Part shown: piece after piece, positions 29,075 to 39,937 of the stretch
Layout of the letters: each line of letters opens with the position of its first letter
Numbering within the stretch: position 1 is the stretch's first letter
IMG/VR virus record: IMGVR_UViG_3300031576_000005
Location: 32,001-96,000 of that record
Direction: 5' to 3' (one strand)
DNA: 64,000 nucleotides
From: a virus
The notes under the pieces: generated by a model
Told to the model about the DNA's origin: nothing
Database searches by the model: none
What the model saw: the letters and a program-made list of their open reading frames with translations, nothing else
Translations under genes and position numbers: made by a program

Positions 29075-31810
29075 ATGATAGCTATAGGTACTAACACATC
29101 ATTAAATAGATATATTCCTGTTCAAAGTGGGAATTACAGTGTTAGCACGCAATTCAATGTAAATAATACAAATACTAAATTTGATATCTTATTGTCTGGA
29201 CGCGGAAAAATCAGTCTTGGCCTCGGCTTTGAAAGTGGTAATATTTACTCCTCTGGAAATAATAAAGTATATTTTGACGGCATCTCAAGTAATACCAATT
29301 CTAACGTTGTTTCGTTAATTGTCAGTTCCACCGGTTTTGATGTTTATGTGAATAGTTCTCCCGTTTTAGTTTCTCAAGCGAAATCTACGGGTAATCTAGA
29401 AAAAATATTTTTTATAGGAAATTCCGGAACTTTTACGGGAACATGTGCTACCACAATATTTGGAAATCCTCCAAATGTTATTATTGCAGATGTGCTACAG
29501 AATTTTGTTTTACCTAGACAATCTCTTATTAATACTGGGCTTACTTTAATTAATACATCAAATGTGGATTCTAGAATTTTAGCCGCCACAATATATAGTT
29601 TGCAAAGTGGCAGTATAATTCAATCGCTTCTACCAGTTCTAATAAAAGGCGGAGAACAAAAAGTAGTTCCCTTTTCTGGTCAATATTTAATATCGGGGAC
29701 GCAACAACCACTTTTGCTAAGTTATTCTACAGATTTTGATGTTGATTTTATTAACTCAACAATTATTCCTACAGAGTTCTCTGGTAAAGGAATTAGGGTT
29801 ACACAACAAACGGCGGCAACTTCTTTAAATTCTAGCGGCGAAGGAACTGTTCTAGTTGAAAATACTGGAACTGTATCTTCTCCTATAACTCCAGTTATAT
29901 TATCCAGCGGTATTTTAATTGGATTTTCGGGATATAACCTTAGAGCTTTCAGAAATATCATTGGTGGTTCGGGAATTGCTTCTGATATTGTAACTGGGGA
30001 TTTCAATACAAAAAAATTCTTTAATCTTCAAACAACTTATCCATTCTTTTTTTCTGATAGACTTACGTCTTCTAAGAGCGATTTTTATTTAGTTCAGAAT
30101 AATATATCTAGTGTCCCAACTTTTGGTATTAGTGGCTCTGGTGCTCACGATGCTTTTAGCACAATTATTAATCCTAATCACGCGGGGCGAGCTTTAGGAT
30201 TTTTTAAATCTACGGCATTGGGACATTCATTTAAAGCTCCTTATGATTTTATAACGACCTATGTTAAACTTCCGTTGCGAGGACAAGGCGACCATTTTTA
30301 TCAGGAATCTGGCAGTCATATTTTTTGGCAGAAGCATCTTAATTTTAGCCCCGCCGATAGAGTCGGAGTTTACATTATAAGTGGCACCGGAATTAATACA
30401 TCCGGAGCACTAGCCAATGGTTGGATAAATTGTTCTGGTAATATTCGTAATTTTGGCTTTTGGAGTCATGCAAGGCAAGCAAATAATCAGGGTAATTTTT
30501 CTAGTACATTTGCAACTGGTTTTGATATACAGCATTTTGAGCTTGATAAGCCAGTTCTTTTTCAGTCGGGAATTAGCTATACAATTTTATTAAGTGGTAG
30601 CGGCACCTGGATGAATCAGGAGGTAAGTGGCCAGCGATATATTACGTGGCAAGGACTATATAGCCATCCGAATGTTGGTTATTACCTAAATGTACCGATA
30701 GGACCATTTCATTCTGGTAATGGAACGGGGTTTTGTGTTTCTAATACTATCCACGCTCCTTATTATAGGGGAATGGGATATCAAACATATCAACCCAACT
30801 CAGCGGCAGAAGCACCGATTGGTGATGATAATTTTGGTGGAACCGCGCCGATAACTGGCGTTCTATATTCGGGAATAATGAATGTACAACGATTTCGCGT
30901 TGCAGAAGATTTTATGCCAAATCAAGTAAGTCTAAATTTTGTGGCAGACGACACGACTGGGACATACGGAGGACAGCTTTATTCTTTTAGGGGTTATGAT
31001 GCTAGATTAGTCACTTTTATATGTACTTCCTCTGGAACTCACGATGATTTTCCTGATTTTACCGCGATTATTTGTAGTGGAAGCAGAGCACATAGCGGAT
31101 TTTATCAACACGATATTACGACAAATGTAAATAGAAATGTTTCTTGGGTACAAGAAAGAATGTTTGAGCTTAATAAAACAGCTCTTCTATCTGGTAATAA
31201 AAATTATTGGTTGGTTTTGAGTGGATTGAATTATCCCACGATTAAAGATTCTGGTGTTCAGGCCGATTACATTCCGGTGGTAAGATTTAGTCATAATTTT
31301 GTAGAGCCAGATGTTTATTACGGATTTAATCTTATTAGTGGCAAAAAACTTATTGCGCTTCGTGATGCTGGAATTTTTTATAGCGGAAACCCAAGTTTAT
31401 CTTCGGGAAATTTATTCAGTACACAGCGATTAACTTTTGATAATTGGATTCAACACAGAATATTTGGTGATGCGGTAAGCGCTTCTGGAATAAGACGCCA
31501 AGAATACGAACTTCCAATGACTATGTGCTTTGAATTTGGAATTAATACGATAAAATATAAGATATGGGACACAAATCCCGTTTCTGGTGTAATTAACGAA
31601 TTTCTTCCAGGGCTTGGATATCAATATAATAAATATCAAACAAGTCAACTTTTCACTATACAGGAAGATTTACCAATCGACCTTCCGGCTGGCGAAGGGG
31701 TGGTTCTAAATCTTACTTATAATGGATTACAGGGATATTTAGATTATGGATTACTTTCTATTCCAGAATTTAACTTTACTGGCTTTGTTTCTGGTTTTAC
31801 ATCTGTCTAA
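29075..31810 (+). CDS. large tail/receptor-binding structural protein
   Basis: 911 aa, beta-rich, SG/TG-rich; internal echo 'FELDKPVLFQSGISYTILLSG' / 'FELNKTALLSGNKNYWLVLSG'. Confidence 0.55.
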   Translation: MIAIGTNTSLNRYIPVQSGNYSVSTQFNVNNTNTKFDILLSGRGKISLGLGFESGNIYSSGNNKVYFDGISSNTNSNVVSLIVSSTGFDVYVNSSPVLVSQAKSTGNLEKIFFIGNSGTFTGTCATTIFGNPPNVIIADVLQNFVLPRQSLINTGLTLINTSNVDSRILAATIYSLQSGSIIQSLLPVLIKGGEQKVVPFSGQYLISGTQQPLLLSYSTDFDVDFINSTIIPTEFSGKGIRVTQQTAATSLNSSGEGTVLVENTGTVSSPITPVILSSGILIGFSGYNLRAFRNIIGGSGIASDIVTGDFNTKKFFNLQTTYPFFFSDRLTSSKSDFYLVQNNISSVPTFGISGSGAHDAFSTIINPNHAGRALGFFKSTALGHSFKAPYDFITTYVKLPLRGQGDHFYQESGSHIFWQKHLNFSPADRVGVYIISGTGINTSGALANGWINCSGNIRNFGFWSHARQANNQGNFSSTFATGFDIQHFELDKPVLFQSGISYTILLSGSGTWMNQEVSGQRYITWQGLYSHPNVGYYLNVPIGPFHSGNGTGFCVSNTIHAPYYRGMGYQTYQPNSAAEAPIGDDNFGGTAPITGVLYSGIMNVQRFRVAEDFMPNQVSLNFVADDTTGTYGGQLYSFRGYDARLVTFICTSSGTHDDFPDFTAIICSGSRAHSGFYQHDITTNVNRNVSWVQERMFELNKTALLSGNKNYWLVLSGLNYPTIKDSGVQADYIPVVRFSHNFVEPDVYYGFNLISGKKLIALRDAGIFYSGNPSLSSGNLFSTQRLTFDNWIQHRIFGDAVSASGIRRQEYELPMTMCFEFGINTIKYKIWDTNPVSGVINEFLPGLGYQYNKYQTSQLFTIQEDLPIDLPAGEGVVLNLTYNGLQGYLDYGLLSIPEFNFTGFVSGFTSV

Positions 31811-31813
31811 TTT

Positions 31814-33712
31814 ATGGGACTACCAATAGGCTCTTCCGGATATATTTTAGCACAAAGTAGATTATCTGATTTTCAGGCAAATGTTGGTTCTGAAACCGAT
31901 AGCGAATTTCGAAATTACGACCTTTATTTTCTTTCTGGCATTATAGAAGGATTAAACGAAAGACGAAGTTTCATAAAAAATGCCGGTGTTGTAACTCGTT
32001 GCAGTTTTAAAGCCGATGGGACATCTGATAATACATTACTTGATTTAGGATGGGAAATTGATTTAATTGAGGATGTAATAAAGCCGTCTATTGCTGGTTC
32101 GATAACTGGGAATGAACATGGGATAGGTTTTGTGGGGTCGGACCATATCAACCATGTCCAAAGTGGTACATTTCTATCAATGAGGCTTCTTAATATAATG
32201 CGATATTATATTGTGGAAACATCGATGGGGGCGTTAACGACATTTGATGATTTTCTTTCTAATGCTAACGATACTTATGATTTGGGAACGCATTTACTGC
32301 CGAATTTGAATGATGACCGATTTTCTGGACAGATGTACAGAACTTATAATTCTAACACCAATAGACATTATCCTTGCGCTAATAGCGCTGGTGGAAGTGT
32401 AGAATTATTAACTAATCCAAAAATAAATACAAGTACAAACTCAGTAGATGTTTACGCCAGCCCCTTAATAAGACAAGATTTAGAAAATCCAGACCATTCG
32501 AAATTTTATGATGAGGAAACTGATTTATTGAGTTTTAACGGAAGCGGATACCCCGGTAATGGAGACCTTGGGTTATTAAGAGCTATAGACGCACCTTTAG
32601 TAAATAGAGATAAATGGCCAGTGTTTGAATATAAGGGGCAATTAGTTGAACCCAAAACTATTTCTGCAAAAACTTCTGAAACATGGCCACCCGGAGATAC
32701 CTCGACAAGCTGGGGACAATGGACGAATAAAAAAGAACTTTTTAAATTTGAGGCAGATTTTTATACTAGCAAGGGAGTTCCAACTGGTTTTTTAGTAAGA
32801 AATGAATATTTTTCTCAAATATTTCCGGTGACGCAACAATCTTCTGGCCATGCTTTTAAAGCTATACGTGAGCACTTCTTAGAGATGATTAGCGTTATAA
32901 AAGAGATGAAATATTTTGGAATTATGTTGGCTCATAGGTCAACTACCTCTGGAGAAAATCCTTTAACAATTGACGTTAGCACTCAAGAAGGCAACGGCTT
33001 AAGCAGCTGGGGCGGTTGTATTCACTCTCCGGGGGTATGTTGTGGAGCTGGCTGTGGGCCATTTTTTTGTGTACTTGATAGTGGACCGGTTTGTTGTAAT
33101 CCAGGACCATTCTTTATTACAAATTTACAATGTGGTGATTGCGGTATTACACCCTGTTCTCCAGATGCTTGTGTCGGACCATCTTTCTCAGGGCCACCCA
33201 CCGTTACTGTAAGTACATTTTCTAATCCATTCCCAGATACACGTGACCCAATTTATTATACCAAAACCAGCCACTCTACTTCCGATGCTCAAACCAGTAT
33301 CTTTGGAGGATGTCCTGTTGCTACTTTAGTTAATAGAGGCAGCGAACGAATGCGTTCTAAAAGAATAGTTTTTAATTATGGATTTACTGGATATGCCATT
33401 CAACCATATAGAATAGAAAAATTTACCACCGATACTTGTACTGAATTCGGATGTGGAATCGCCGGTGTAACTAGTGCGGTAAGTTTTACTAACATTCAAT
33501 ATGATTTTCCCGGTTCTGCTTCGGTTAATGATGTAGGTGGAGCGCATGTTGCAGATTTTACCGATAATAATGCCGTTTCTCAATATGATAATTGTACATT
33601 TCAATGTCTTCCAAGTCTTGTTGGCGGAGCCGGACAGGTTTTAGATTATCGCCAATTATTTGGAGAGATTGCTGTGGCGGTGCCAACTTTCAATATGATA
33701 GCCTCAATATAA
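31814..33712 (+). CDS. tail-associated protein with Cys-rich C-terminal region
   Basis: 'GCIHSPGVCCGAGCGPFFCVLDSGPVCCNPG...CGDCGITPCSPDAC'. Confidence 0.55.
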   Translation: MGLPIGSSGYILAQSRLSDFQANVGSETDSEFRNYDLYFLSGIIEGLNERRSFIKNAGVVTRCSFKADGTSDNTLLDLGWEIDLIEDVIKPSIAGSITGNEHGIGFVGSDHINHVQSGTFLSMRLLNIMRYYIVETSMGALTTFDDFLSNANDTYDLGTHLLPNLNDDRFSGQMYRTYNSNTNRHYPCANSAGGSVELLTNPKINTSTNSVDVYASPLIRQDLENPDHSKFYDEETDLLSFNGSGYPGNGDLGLLRAIDAPLVNRDKWPVFEYKGQLVEPKTISAKTSETWPPGDTSTSWGQWTNKKELFKFEADFYTSKGVPTGFLVRNEYFSQIFPVTQQSSGHAFKAIREHFLEMISVIKEMKYFGIMLAHRSTTSGENPLTIDVSTQEGNGLSSWGGCIHSPGVCCGAGCGPFFCVLDSGPVCCNPGPFFITNLQCGDCGITPCSPDACVGPSFSGPPTVTVSTFSNPFPDTRDPIYYTKTSHSTSDAQTSIFGGCPVATLVNRGSERMRSKRIVFNYGFTGYAIQPYRIEKFTTDTCTEFGCGIAGVTSAVSFTNIQYDFPGSASVNDVGGAHVADFTDNNAVSQYDNCTFQCLPSLVGGAGQVLDYRQLFGEIAVAVPTFNMIASI

Positions 33713-34098
33713 TGCATTCGTGCCCATATAGATTACATAACGATATAATGCAATGCCAACACCATATAAATAATGGGGTTGATAGGGTATCAATTGATGA
33801 AGGCATATGTGAAAAGTGCCTATTTTATCAAAATCGCAAAGTAGATGTTGAAAAGGCATCCCTAAACATGCTAGTATATTATACAGAACAGAAACTATTA
33901 AATATTTCGTTTCTACCAAGAGAAGAAGCTATAAAACTATTTAATACTATATATAATATTTCAACTAAAATATATAAAAAAGATAAATGTATAGAATTTT
34001 TAAGTGATGCTTTGGTTAAAATTTCAAAAAATCAATGGATATTAGAGGAAGACATAGAACAACTATATGGTCTCGTTAGCAAATTTGAAGAAAATTAA
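33712..34098 (+). CDS. Cys-containing hypothetical protein
   Basis: Likely start at the TAATG overlap 33712 (MHSCPYR...CQH...CEKC). Confidence 0.5.
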   Translation: MHSCPYRLHNDIMQCQHHINNGVDRVSIDEGICEKCLFYQNRKVDVEKASLNMLVYYTEQKLLNISFLPREEAIKLFNTIYNISTKIYKKDKCIEFLSDALVKISKNQWILEEDIEQLYGLVSKFEEN

Positions 34099-34489
34099 CT
34101 CAGACATACGAAAAGTAGCCTCTTCTATCACACAATCCACAAAGGTGGTTGTAACAGAGAGGAAAATTACATTTTTGGATATGGATAATGTTACAAAAAG
34201 AATTGACGCCTGTCATCAATGTTCCTTTTATAAGAACGGGATATGTAATCTTTGTGGTTGTATGGTTTCTGTAAAATCTCGAATTTCTGAGTTTAAGTCT
34301 CCGTTGGGACTTTGGGAACCGGAAGAATTGCCAACATCTTGGAAATTAGATGAATCAAAAATCGATTTTATTCCTAAAGCTTTTCATCGTGATGAAAATT
34401 TTGTTTATGCTTATTCTAAAAAACCAGAGGGAATTTATAAATATGTAACAAGTTTAATAACAAAAAAAACAGAAATTGTTAAAATATAG
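34067..34489 (+). CDS. Cys-rich small protein (DUF6171-like)
   Basis: 'RIDACHQCSFYKNGICNLCGCMVSVKSR...PLGLW'. Confidence 0.55.
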   Translation: MVSLANLKKINSDIRKVASSITQSTKVVVTERKITFLDMDNVTKRIDACHQCSFYKNGICNLCGCMVSVKSRISEFKSPLGLWEPEELPTSWKLDESKIDFIPKAFHRDENFVYAYSKKPEGIYKYVTSLITKKTEIVKI

Positions 34490-34492
34490 TAT

Positions 34493-35158
34493 ATGATAAT
34501 TTGCTTAAATTTTTTAAATACATACGGAAACGGAATTCATAGTCAAATTAAAACTTTGGTGAAATGTGATAGTTGTGGTGAGGAACGAATAATCTTTAAA
34601 TTTAATGCTTTAAAAGGTAATGGGGTACAATACTGTAAATTTTGCACCACTAAGGGAAGTAATCATTATGATTATGGAAAACATCGTTCTAAAGCAATTA
34701 AAATAAAGTTAAGAAAAGCTAATCTTGGCAAAAAACTTTCAGAAGAAACTAAAAAGAAACTTAGTTTGGCTAATAAGGGAGAAAATAATCCCATGTTTGG
34801 AAAACGAGGAGAATTAAGCCCCAATTGGAATCCAAATTTAAATAACGAAGAACGTAAAAAGTCACAAGAGAATCGACAAAATTTATCTGATTTTGTTAAA
34901 TGGTCAAAGACAATTAAGCAAATATATAATTTTATATGTCAAATCTGTGAAGACGATAAAGGCGGCAATTTAGTCTCTCATCATTTATATAATTGGAAAG
35001 ACTACCCACAAAAACGTTATGATTTAGGTAATGGAATATGTGTTTGTAAAAATTGCCACAACCTTTTTCATATAATTTTCAGACGGAGACATAATACACC
35101 CGAACAATTCGAAGAATTTAAATTATATATAAAAGAAATTTTAAATATTAAAGTGTAA
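34493..35158 (+). CDS. NUMOD3/HNH endonuclease-like protein (copy 6)
   Basis: 'MIICLNFLNTY'; HNH with intact CQIC...CKNCH Zn site. Confidence 0.85.
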   Translation: MIICLNFLNTYGNGIHSQIKTLVKCDSCGEERIIFKFNALKGNGVQYCKFCTTKGSNHYDYGKHRSKAIKIKLRKANLGKKLSEETKKKLSLANKGENNPMFGKRGELSPNWNPNLNNEERKKSQENRQNLSDFVKWSKTIKQIYNFICQICEDDKGGNLVSHHLYNWKDYPQKRYDLGNGICVCKNCHNLFHIIFRRRHNTPEQFEEFKLYIKEILNIKV

Positions 35159-35160
35159 TA
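35152..35160 (+). promoter_or_regulatory. putative late promoter motif
   Basis: AGTGTAATA overlapping the HNH stop codon, upstream of the fibre gene. Confidence 0.55.
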
Positions 35161-35184
35161 TATTTAAGGAAAAGGCAAAGGATT

Positions 35185-37299
35185 ATGGCAATTATATCGC
35201 TTATCGACAAAAAACAAATCCGAGATTTATTTTTATCTGGCTTGGCATCAAGTGGTGTCTCGGTTCAATTTTCTGGTAATACATCCCTTTTAAGTGGAAC
35301 TTTATCAGCTCCGACTGTCACTGGAACTAGCGGTATTTTTAATTCTTTACAAATTGACGGCCCCATTATTTCAAATTATTTGAGCGGTGTTTTGGGTACA
35401 ACTATTACTGGGTCTGGAATTTCATACTTTCCCAGCATTATAGATATTTCGGGTAATAATTTACATTATTACATTCAGTATTCTTTGAATGATTTGTCTA
35501 CCGTTGTGCAGCGTTACTCTAGTCAGGACTCACAAGTTGGGTGGACCTACTTAGATGTAGGAACTAGTGCGTGGACAGCTTTTCCAATTTTGGGTTTAAC
35601 AGCGTCACAGCAGTCCACCTCCATAATTAAACATGAGTACGTTCCAACCGGATTAAATGCTCACTCTAATTACTTCGTCAGCACAAAGCCAATTTATGCC
35701 GGAAATATTACCGGGAATTTCTTCGATTCGGCAAAATTCGTACCCGACCCATTGGGCTATGAAACAGCGTTACTTCCTTCTTTCGCTCAAATATTCGAGA
35801 CATTTGATTCTCGCTACGTAATTAAAAGATTATTTCCAAATGCTACAGTAGTATCAGGAACGTTTATTAGTGGTACGCCAATATTTTTTGAAACTAGTGA
35901 TACTAGTACGTTTCCTACTACTAATTTGGCGACAGGCAGGGCGTTCTGGGACAATCGAAGCAGTGGATTTTTCATTTATCGCACTGGATTAGGGTTTACC
36001 GGATTTCACTTAGTTAATAACATTTATTCAGTCACGGGTCTTTCGGGCGTCGCGGCTAACCCACCGACCGGTAATATACAATTATACCTAATCTACGGAA
36101 CGGGGTCAGGAAACCCTCCGTCCGGAAATGATGTAAGATTTACTTCCGCCTATCATCAGTCAGGGGGGCCGGACCCACTCAACATATCGGGCCTCAGTGG
36201 TATCGCAGCAACCGGCCAACGAGTCAACGTTTATAACCAAGCGAACTATGTAAGTTCATTCACAAAATTATCATTTAGCGGCCTTTCTTTCGTTATAAGT
36301 GGCGACTCATTGAATGATAGAAATCTTATTATATCAAGAGCTGTTTCTGCGTTAGTGGGAAACTCTCCATCTCCTACTTTAGATAATGGTACAATTTCTG
36401 TATTAGGAACAGGCAATATTCTTGTGTCGGGCGTAAGCGGCGTTGCTAGCGTGGGACATACCCTTTATATTAGCGATACTGGAACTCAGTACGTAGGTGT
36501 TGCTGGTGGTGGATTGCTTACAGGAACGGTAATTATTTCTGGTTCTGGCGGCACAACTGTTTCCGTTGGTGCTACCACATCCAGTGGTAGAGTGATTGTT
36601 GTAAATTCATCAACGGTTGCTGCTGGAGCGGGAAATGTAACGGGTTTCGGCGTCAACATGCTCGCACCATTATTTACAGGAGGCTTCGTAATTACTGGTT
36701 CTGGTGGTGGTGTAGTTACCAGTCTGATTAATTTAGGCAATGGCGTCTCTGGAATTCTAATTAGCGGTAGCGCCGCCGCCGCAGGTGGTGTTGGCAATGT
36801 AACTGGTATTGGCGTCAATATGCTAGCCCCATTATTTACTGGTGGCTTTGTAATCAGTGGTTCTGGCGGAAGTGTCACCACAAGTTTGGTTAATTTTGGC
36901 GGTGGAGTTTCTGGTATTGTAATTAGTGGTGCTCCTACTACTACGACTTATAATATTAGTGGGACAGACGTTAGTCTTTCCTTCTTCGCTGATTTACCAC
37001 TTAGTGGAAGTGGGCTATCCGAATCATTTATCGCTAGAACTTGGACTTTTACCGGTTATTCAATCGCTTGTAGTGTAACTGGCTCTGGATTATTTCCTAT
37101 GAGCGGTAATTTTTATCAGAGGGAAACTGGAAATACCAGAACCAATATAACTGGTTGGAGACTAGAACCTGGACTTTTCTATAATAGTAGCGGAAATGTT
37201 GCTATTACTGTCACCGGTCAGAACCGGATTGGATATGATATTACAAATCCAGTTTTAAGCGGCCTAAGAAATCTAACTTTAGGTACATTTGGATTTTAA
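35185..37299 (+). CDS. tail fibre-like protein
   Basis: Extremely SG/TG-rich; 'AYHQSGGPDPL' fibre-type motif; internal repeat. Confidence 0.65.
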   Translation: MAIISLIDKKQIRDLFLSGLASSGVSVQFSGNTSLLSGTLSAPTVTGTSGIFNSLQIDGPIISNYLSGVLGTTITGSGISYFPSIIDISGNNLHYYIQYSLNDLSTVVQRYSSQDSQVGWTYLDVGTSAWTAFPILGLTASQQSTSIIKHEYVPTGLNAHSNYFVSTKPIYAGNITGNFFDSAKFVPDPLGYETALLPSFAQIFETFDSRYVIKRLFPNATVVSGTFISGTPIFFETSDTSTFPTTNLATGRAFWDNRSSGFFIYRTGLGFTGFHLVNNIYSVTGLSGVAANPPTGNIQLYLIYGTGSGNPPSGNDVRFTSAYHQSGGPDPLNISGLSGIAATGQRVNVYNQANYVSSFTKLSFSGLSFVISGDSLNDRNLIISRAVSALVGNSPSPTLDNGTISVLGTGNILVSGVSGVASVGHTLYISDTGTQYVGVAGGGLLTGTVIISGSGGTTVSVGATTSSGRVIVVNSSTVAAGAGNVTGFGVNMLAPLFTGGFVITGSGGGVVTSLINLGNGVSGILISGSAAAAGGVGNVTGIGVNMLAPLFTGGFVISGSGGSVTTSLVNFGGGVSGIVISGAPTTTTYNISGTDVSLSFFADLPLSGSGLSESFIARTWTFTGYSIACSVTGSGLFPMSGNFYQRETGNTRTNITGWRLEPGLFYNSSGNVAITVTGQNRIGYDITNPVLSGLRNLTLGTFGF
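36631..36930 (+). repeat. direct repeat, period 162 nt (54 aa)
   Basis: GNVTG[FI]GVNMLAPLFTGGFVI[TS]GSGG...VSGI[LV]ISG at 36631-36768 and 36793-36930. Confidence 0.9.
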
Positions 37300-37301
37300 T
37301 T

Positions 37302-38054
37302 ATGTCTGTTGCTATTAATAAAATAGTAAAACCAAGTTTAAGGAATTTGGGTGGCGACTTGGTTATTTGGTGGGATGCGAGCACACTAAATCTTTCGGAT
37401 GGGGCTACAGTTGCACAAATTGATGATTTGAGTGGATTTGGTAATCACGCTGTTCAAGCAACAGAAGCAAGCAAGCCAACTTTTGAAACAGGGGAAATAA
37501 ATGGACTTCCAATCCTTAGATTTAATGGAACTTCACAGTTTATAGGCGCTCTAGATTCGGCAACATTTCGCGCACAGAATTTTAGCTTATTTATTGTTGT
37601 AAAATTTACCGTATCAACGACCCATCATTTAATTGGCGATGGAAATATTAATACAGATAGGGATGGAATCGTTATGTGGGGATTAGGCGGTTCTACTAGA
37701 ACAGAGATTGCTAATGCCAGTTCTGCTGTAACAACACAAATTAGTTCTACGCCTTCTACAAACGACGGAAGCCCCCACATTATTAGTTGGTTGGTTGACC
37801 CCAGTTTTATTTATACTTATGTTGATGGTGGAAGCAGACAAAGAAACGTTAGAGGGAGCCAAACTATTGCTTGGAATGGCTATGATTTTAGGATTGCGAA
37901 GGCAAACGGCGGTGGAACAGACAGATTTTGGGCTGGTGATATTGCAGAAGTATTATTTTATAATTCTGCTATTTCTGATAATTCAAAATTTATGGTTGAA
38001 AGATATCTGGCAAACAAATACAATATATCCGTTCAACAACAACCCAAAGGATAA
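37302..38054 (+). CDS. LamG/concanavalin A-like domain protein
   Basis: 'LVIWWDAS...DDLSGFGNHAVQ...INGLPILRFNG...GDIAEVLFYNSAIS...VERYLANKY'. Confidence 0.75.
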   Translation: MSVAINKIVKPSLRNLGGDLVIWWDASTLNLSDGATVAQIDDLSGFGNHAVQATEASKPTFETGEINGLPILRFNGTSQFIGALDSATFRAQNFSLFIVVKFTVSTTHHLIGDGNINTDRDGIVMWGLGGSTRTEIANASSAVTTQISSTPSTNDGSPHIISWLVDPSFIYTYVDGGSRQRNVRGSQTIAWNGYDFRIAKANGGGTDRFWAGDIAEVLFYNSAISDNSKFMVERYLANKYNISVQQQPKG

Positions 38055-38057
38055 TGA

Positions 38058-38086
38058 TTGACAAAAATATAAAAAACTATTACTAT
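38058..38086 (+). promoter_or_regulatory. sigma70-like promoter, leaderless
   Basis: TTGACA-17-TACTAT; ATG at 38093. Confidence 0.65.
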
Positions 38087-38092
38087 AATACT

Positions 38093-38350
38093 ATGAATAA
38101 CCAACCAACTATTCCAGAAGCGGTACTCAGTCAAATTTCAGAACACAGCTCGTGTTTTGCCCTATTTTATTTTGATGAGGACGGAACTCCTTGCTTTTAT
38201 CAAAATTTTCCAGAAGTTAAAGATAGATTTGCGTTAATGAAATTTTTACAAGACTACGTCAACACCGAAGGATTCCCATTTGGACCGCCCGAAGATGAAT
38301 GTGGACACGAAGAAGACGAAGAGTCTGGCGGCGAAGATTGGAAGAAATAA
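38093..38350 (+). CDS. acidic hypothetical protein
   Basis: Start reassigned from 38054 to the leaderless ATG (MNNQPTIPE). Confidence 0.55.
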   Translation: MNNQPTIPEAVLSQISEHSSCFALFYFDEDGTPCFYQNFPEVKDRFALMKFLQDYVNTEGFPFGPPEDECGHEEDEESGGEDWKK

Positions 38351-38361
38351 AAAGATAATCA

Positions 38362-38390
38362 TTGCAAGAGTCAGATAAATATGCTAGTAT
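38362..38390 (+). promoter_or_regulatory. sigma70-like promoter
   Basis: TTGCAA-17-TAGTAT with TG; dnaB ATG 8 nt after the -10. Confidence 0.65.
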
Positions 38391-38398
38391 AAAACACT

Positions 38399-39937
38399 AT
38401 GCAAGAAAAAGAATTGTCTAAAGAACAGCAGATTAAAAATTACGCGATTGAAAGAACGCTACTCTCTGGAATTATCAAATATCCTGAAAGTTTTTACGAT
38501 ATTGAAAATTTTTTGTTAGAGGGGGATTTTGCCAATGTTATAAATAGTAAAATTTATAGTGTTTTTCGATATCTTATTTTACAGAAAGATATTACAAAAT
38601 TAGATACTGGTCTAATTTTAGCCACCATATCTAACATGTGTTTGACGTTTCCCAGTGAATGTATTATTGCGGATTTTGTAGCAAATTTGAAAAGAGATGC
38701 TGAAAATATAGAATCTCCAAAAACGGTTAAAACAATAGCACAAGATATTTATCTTTTAGCAAGACGCAGAGACTTTTATAAATGTGGTGATAAAATTCAA
38801 AGAAAAGCCATAGATGGAGCTATTGATGGGAAGCCTTTTCTCAACATACAGGATATGATGGAAGCAGTTGATGGAATTTATTTTGATGCTATTAATAAAT
38901 TTGTTAGAGATGAAGATATGGTAGATGTGGGTGACGGCATAGGAGCAGAATTGCATAAAAGAGCCGACAATCCTGTTGACCACGAAGGTTTTAAAAGTGG
39001 TTATCCCCATTGGGATAAAATGATAGGGTATTTTCAGACCGATAGTTTTAATTTTGTTTCAGCTCGCCCAAAGGTCGGAAAAAGCATTTTTGCTATGAAC
39101 GTCGCCACACACGTATCTCTTAAACAAAACATCCCGGTTTTTTATGCAGATAGCGAAATGAATCTCAAAATATTCAGACATCGATTGATATCTCATATTG
39201 GTCAAGTAGATTATAATTTGGTAAAAAATGGATATTGGAGAAGCAATCCAGAAGTTTGTCCAAAAGTACTTAAAGCGATTGATATAGTTGATAATAAAAT
39301 TAATATAAAATATTTTTCAATACGTGCTTGCAATATTAATTCAATGATATCTGCCTGTAGGCGTTTTTTATTTCAAAAAGTTAAGCGTAATATTGAAAAT
39401 CCAGATATTTGGAATCCGTGCTTATTTATTTGGGATTATATCAAACTAGATTATTATAATAAGAGTAATATGGGCAATAGTTGGTGGTTGGATATAGCTA
39501 AATCCACAGTTCATTTTAAAGATTTTTTAGGTAAAACCCAAACAACAGCTTTAGTTCTAGGACAACAAAATCAGGGTGGAATCGCTAAGCTAGATAAAAA
39601 TAATAAAATGGTCTCTCAAGATAATGAAAGCATTGTGGCGGGTAGCGACGAAATTTCCAAGTCAGCGTCAAACGTTAGTTCACTTAGACGTAAAACATCA
39701 GATGAAATTATTAGAGACGGTGTAGAATCTGGGAACTATATTTTAATGCCGTTGGCAGCAAGAGAGGGCGAGGGGGGTGGTTCTATTCCACTTGCTAATG
39801 GTGTTTTCGATAGAGACTACGTATCTTTACAAAAAGATGGCATTTATATGACATTCAAGGAAATCACAACCAATAAATTATTAAGGCAAAAACAAGATAT
39901 ATCTAGCTCGTTTATTAAGGATAAACATGTCAAATAA
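38399..39937 (+). CDS. dnaB: replicative DNA helicase
   Basis: N-terminal 'IERTLLSGII'; Walker A 'SARPKVGKS'; 'DSEM'; 'IWDYI'. Confidence 0.9.
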   Translation: MQEKELSKEQQIKNYAIERTLLSGIIKYPESFYDIENFLLEGDFANVINSKIYSVFRYLILQKDITKLDTGLILATISNMCLTFPSECIIADFVANLKRDAENIESPKTVKTIAQDIYLLARRRDFYKCGDKIQRKAIDGAIDGKPFLNIQDMMEAVDGIYFDAINKFVRDEDMVDVGDGIGAELHKRADNPVDHEGFKSGYPHWDKMIGYFQTDSFNFVSARPKVGKSIFAMNVATHVSLKQNIPVFYADSEMNLKIFRHRLISHIGQVDYNLVKNGYWRSNPEVCPKVLKAIDIVDNKINIKYFSIRACNINSMISACRRFLFQKVKRNIENPDIWNPCLFIWDYIKLDYYNKSNMGNSWWLDIAKSTVHFKDFLGKTQTTALVLGQQNQGGIAKLDKNNKMVSQDNESIVAGSDEISKSASNVSSLRRKTSDEIIRDGVESGNYILMPLAAREGEGGGSIPLANGVFDRDYVSLQKDGIYMTFKEITTNKLLRQKQDISSSFIKDKHVK

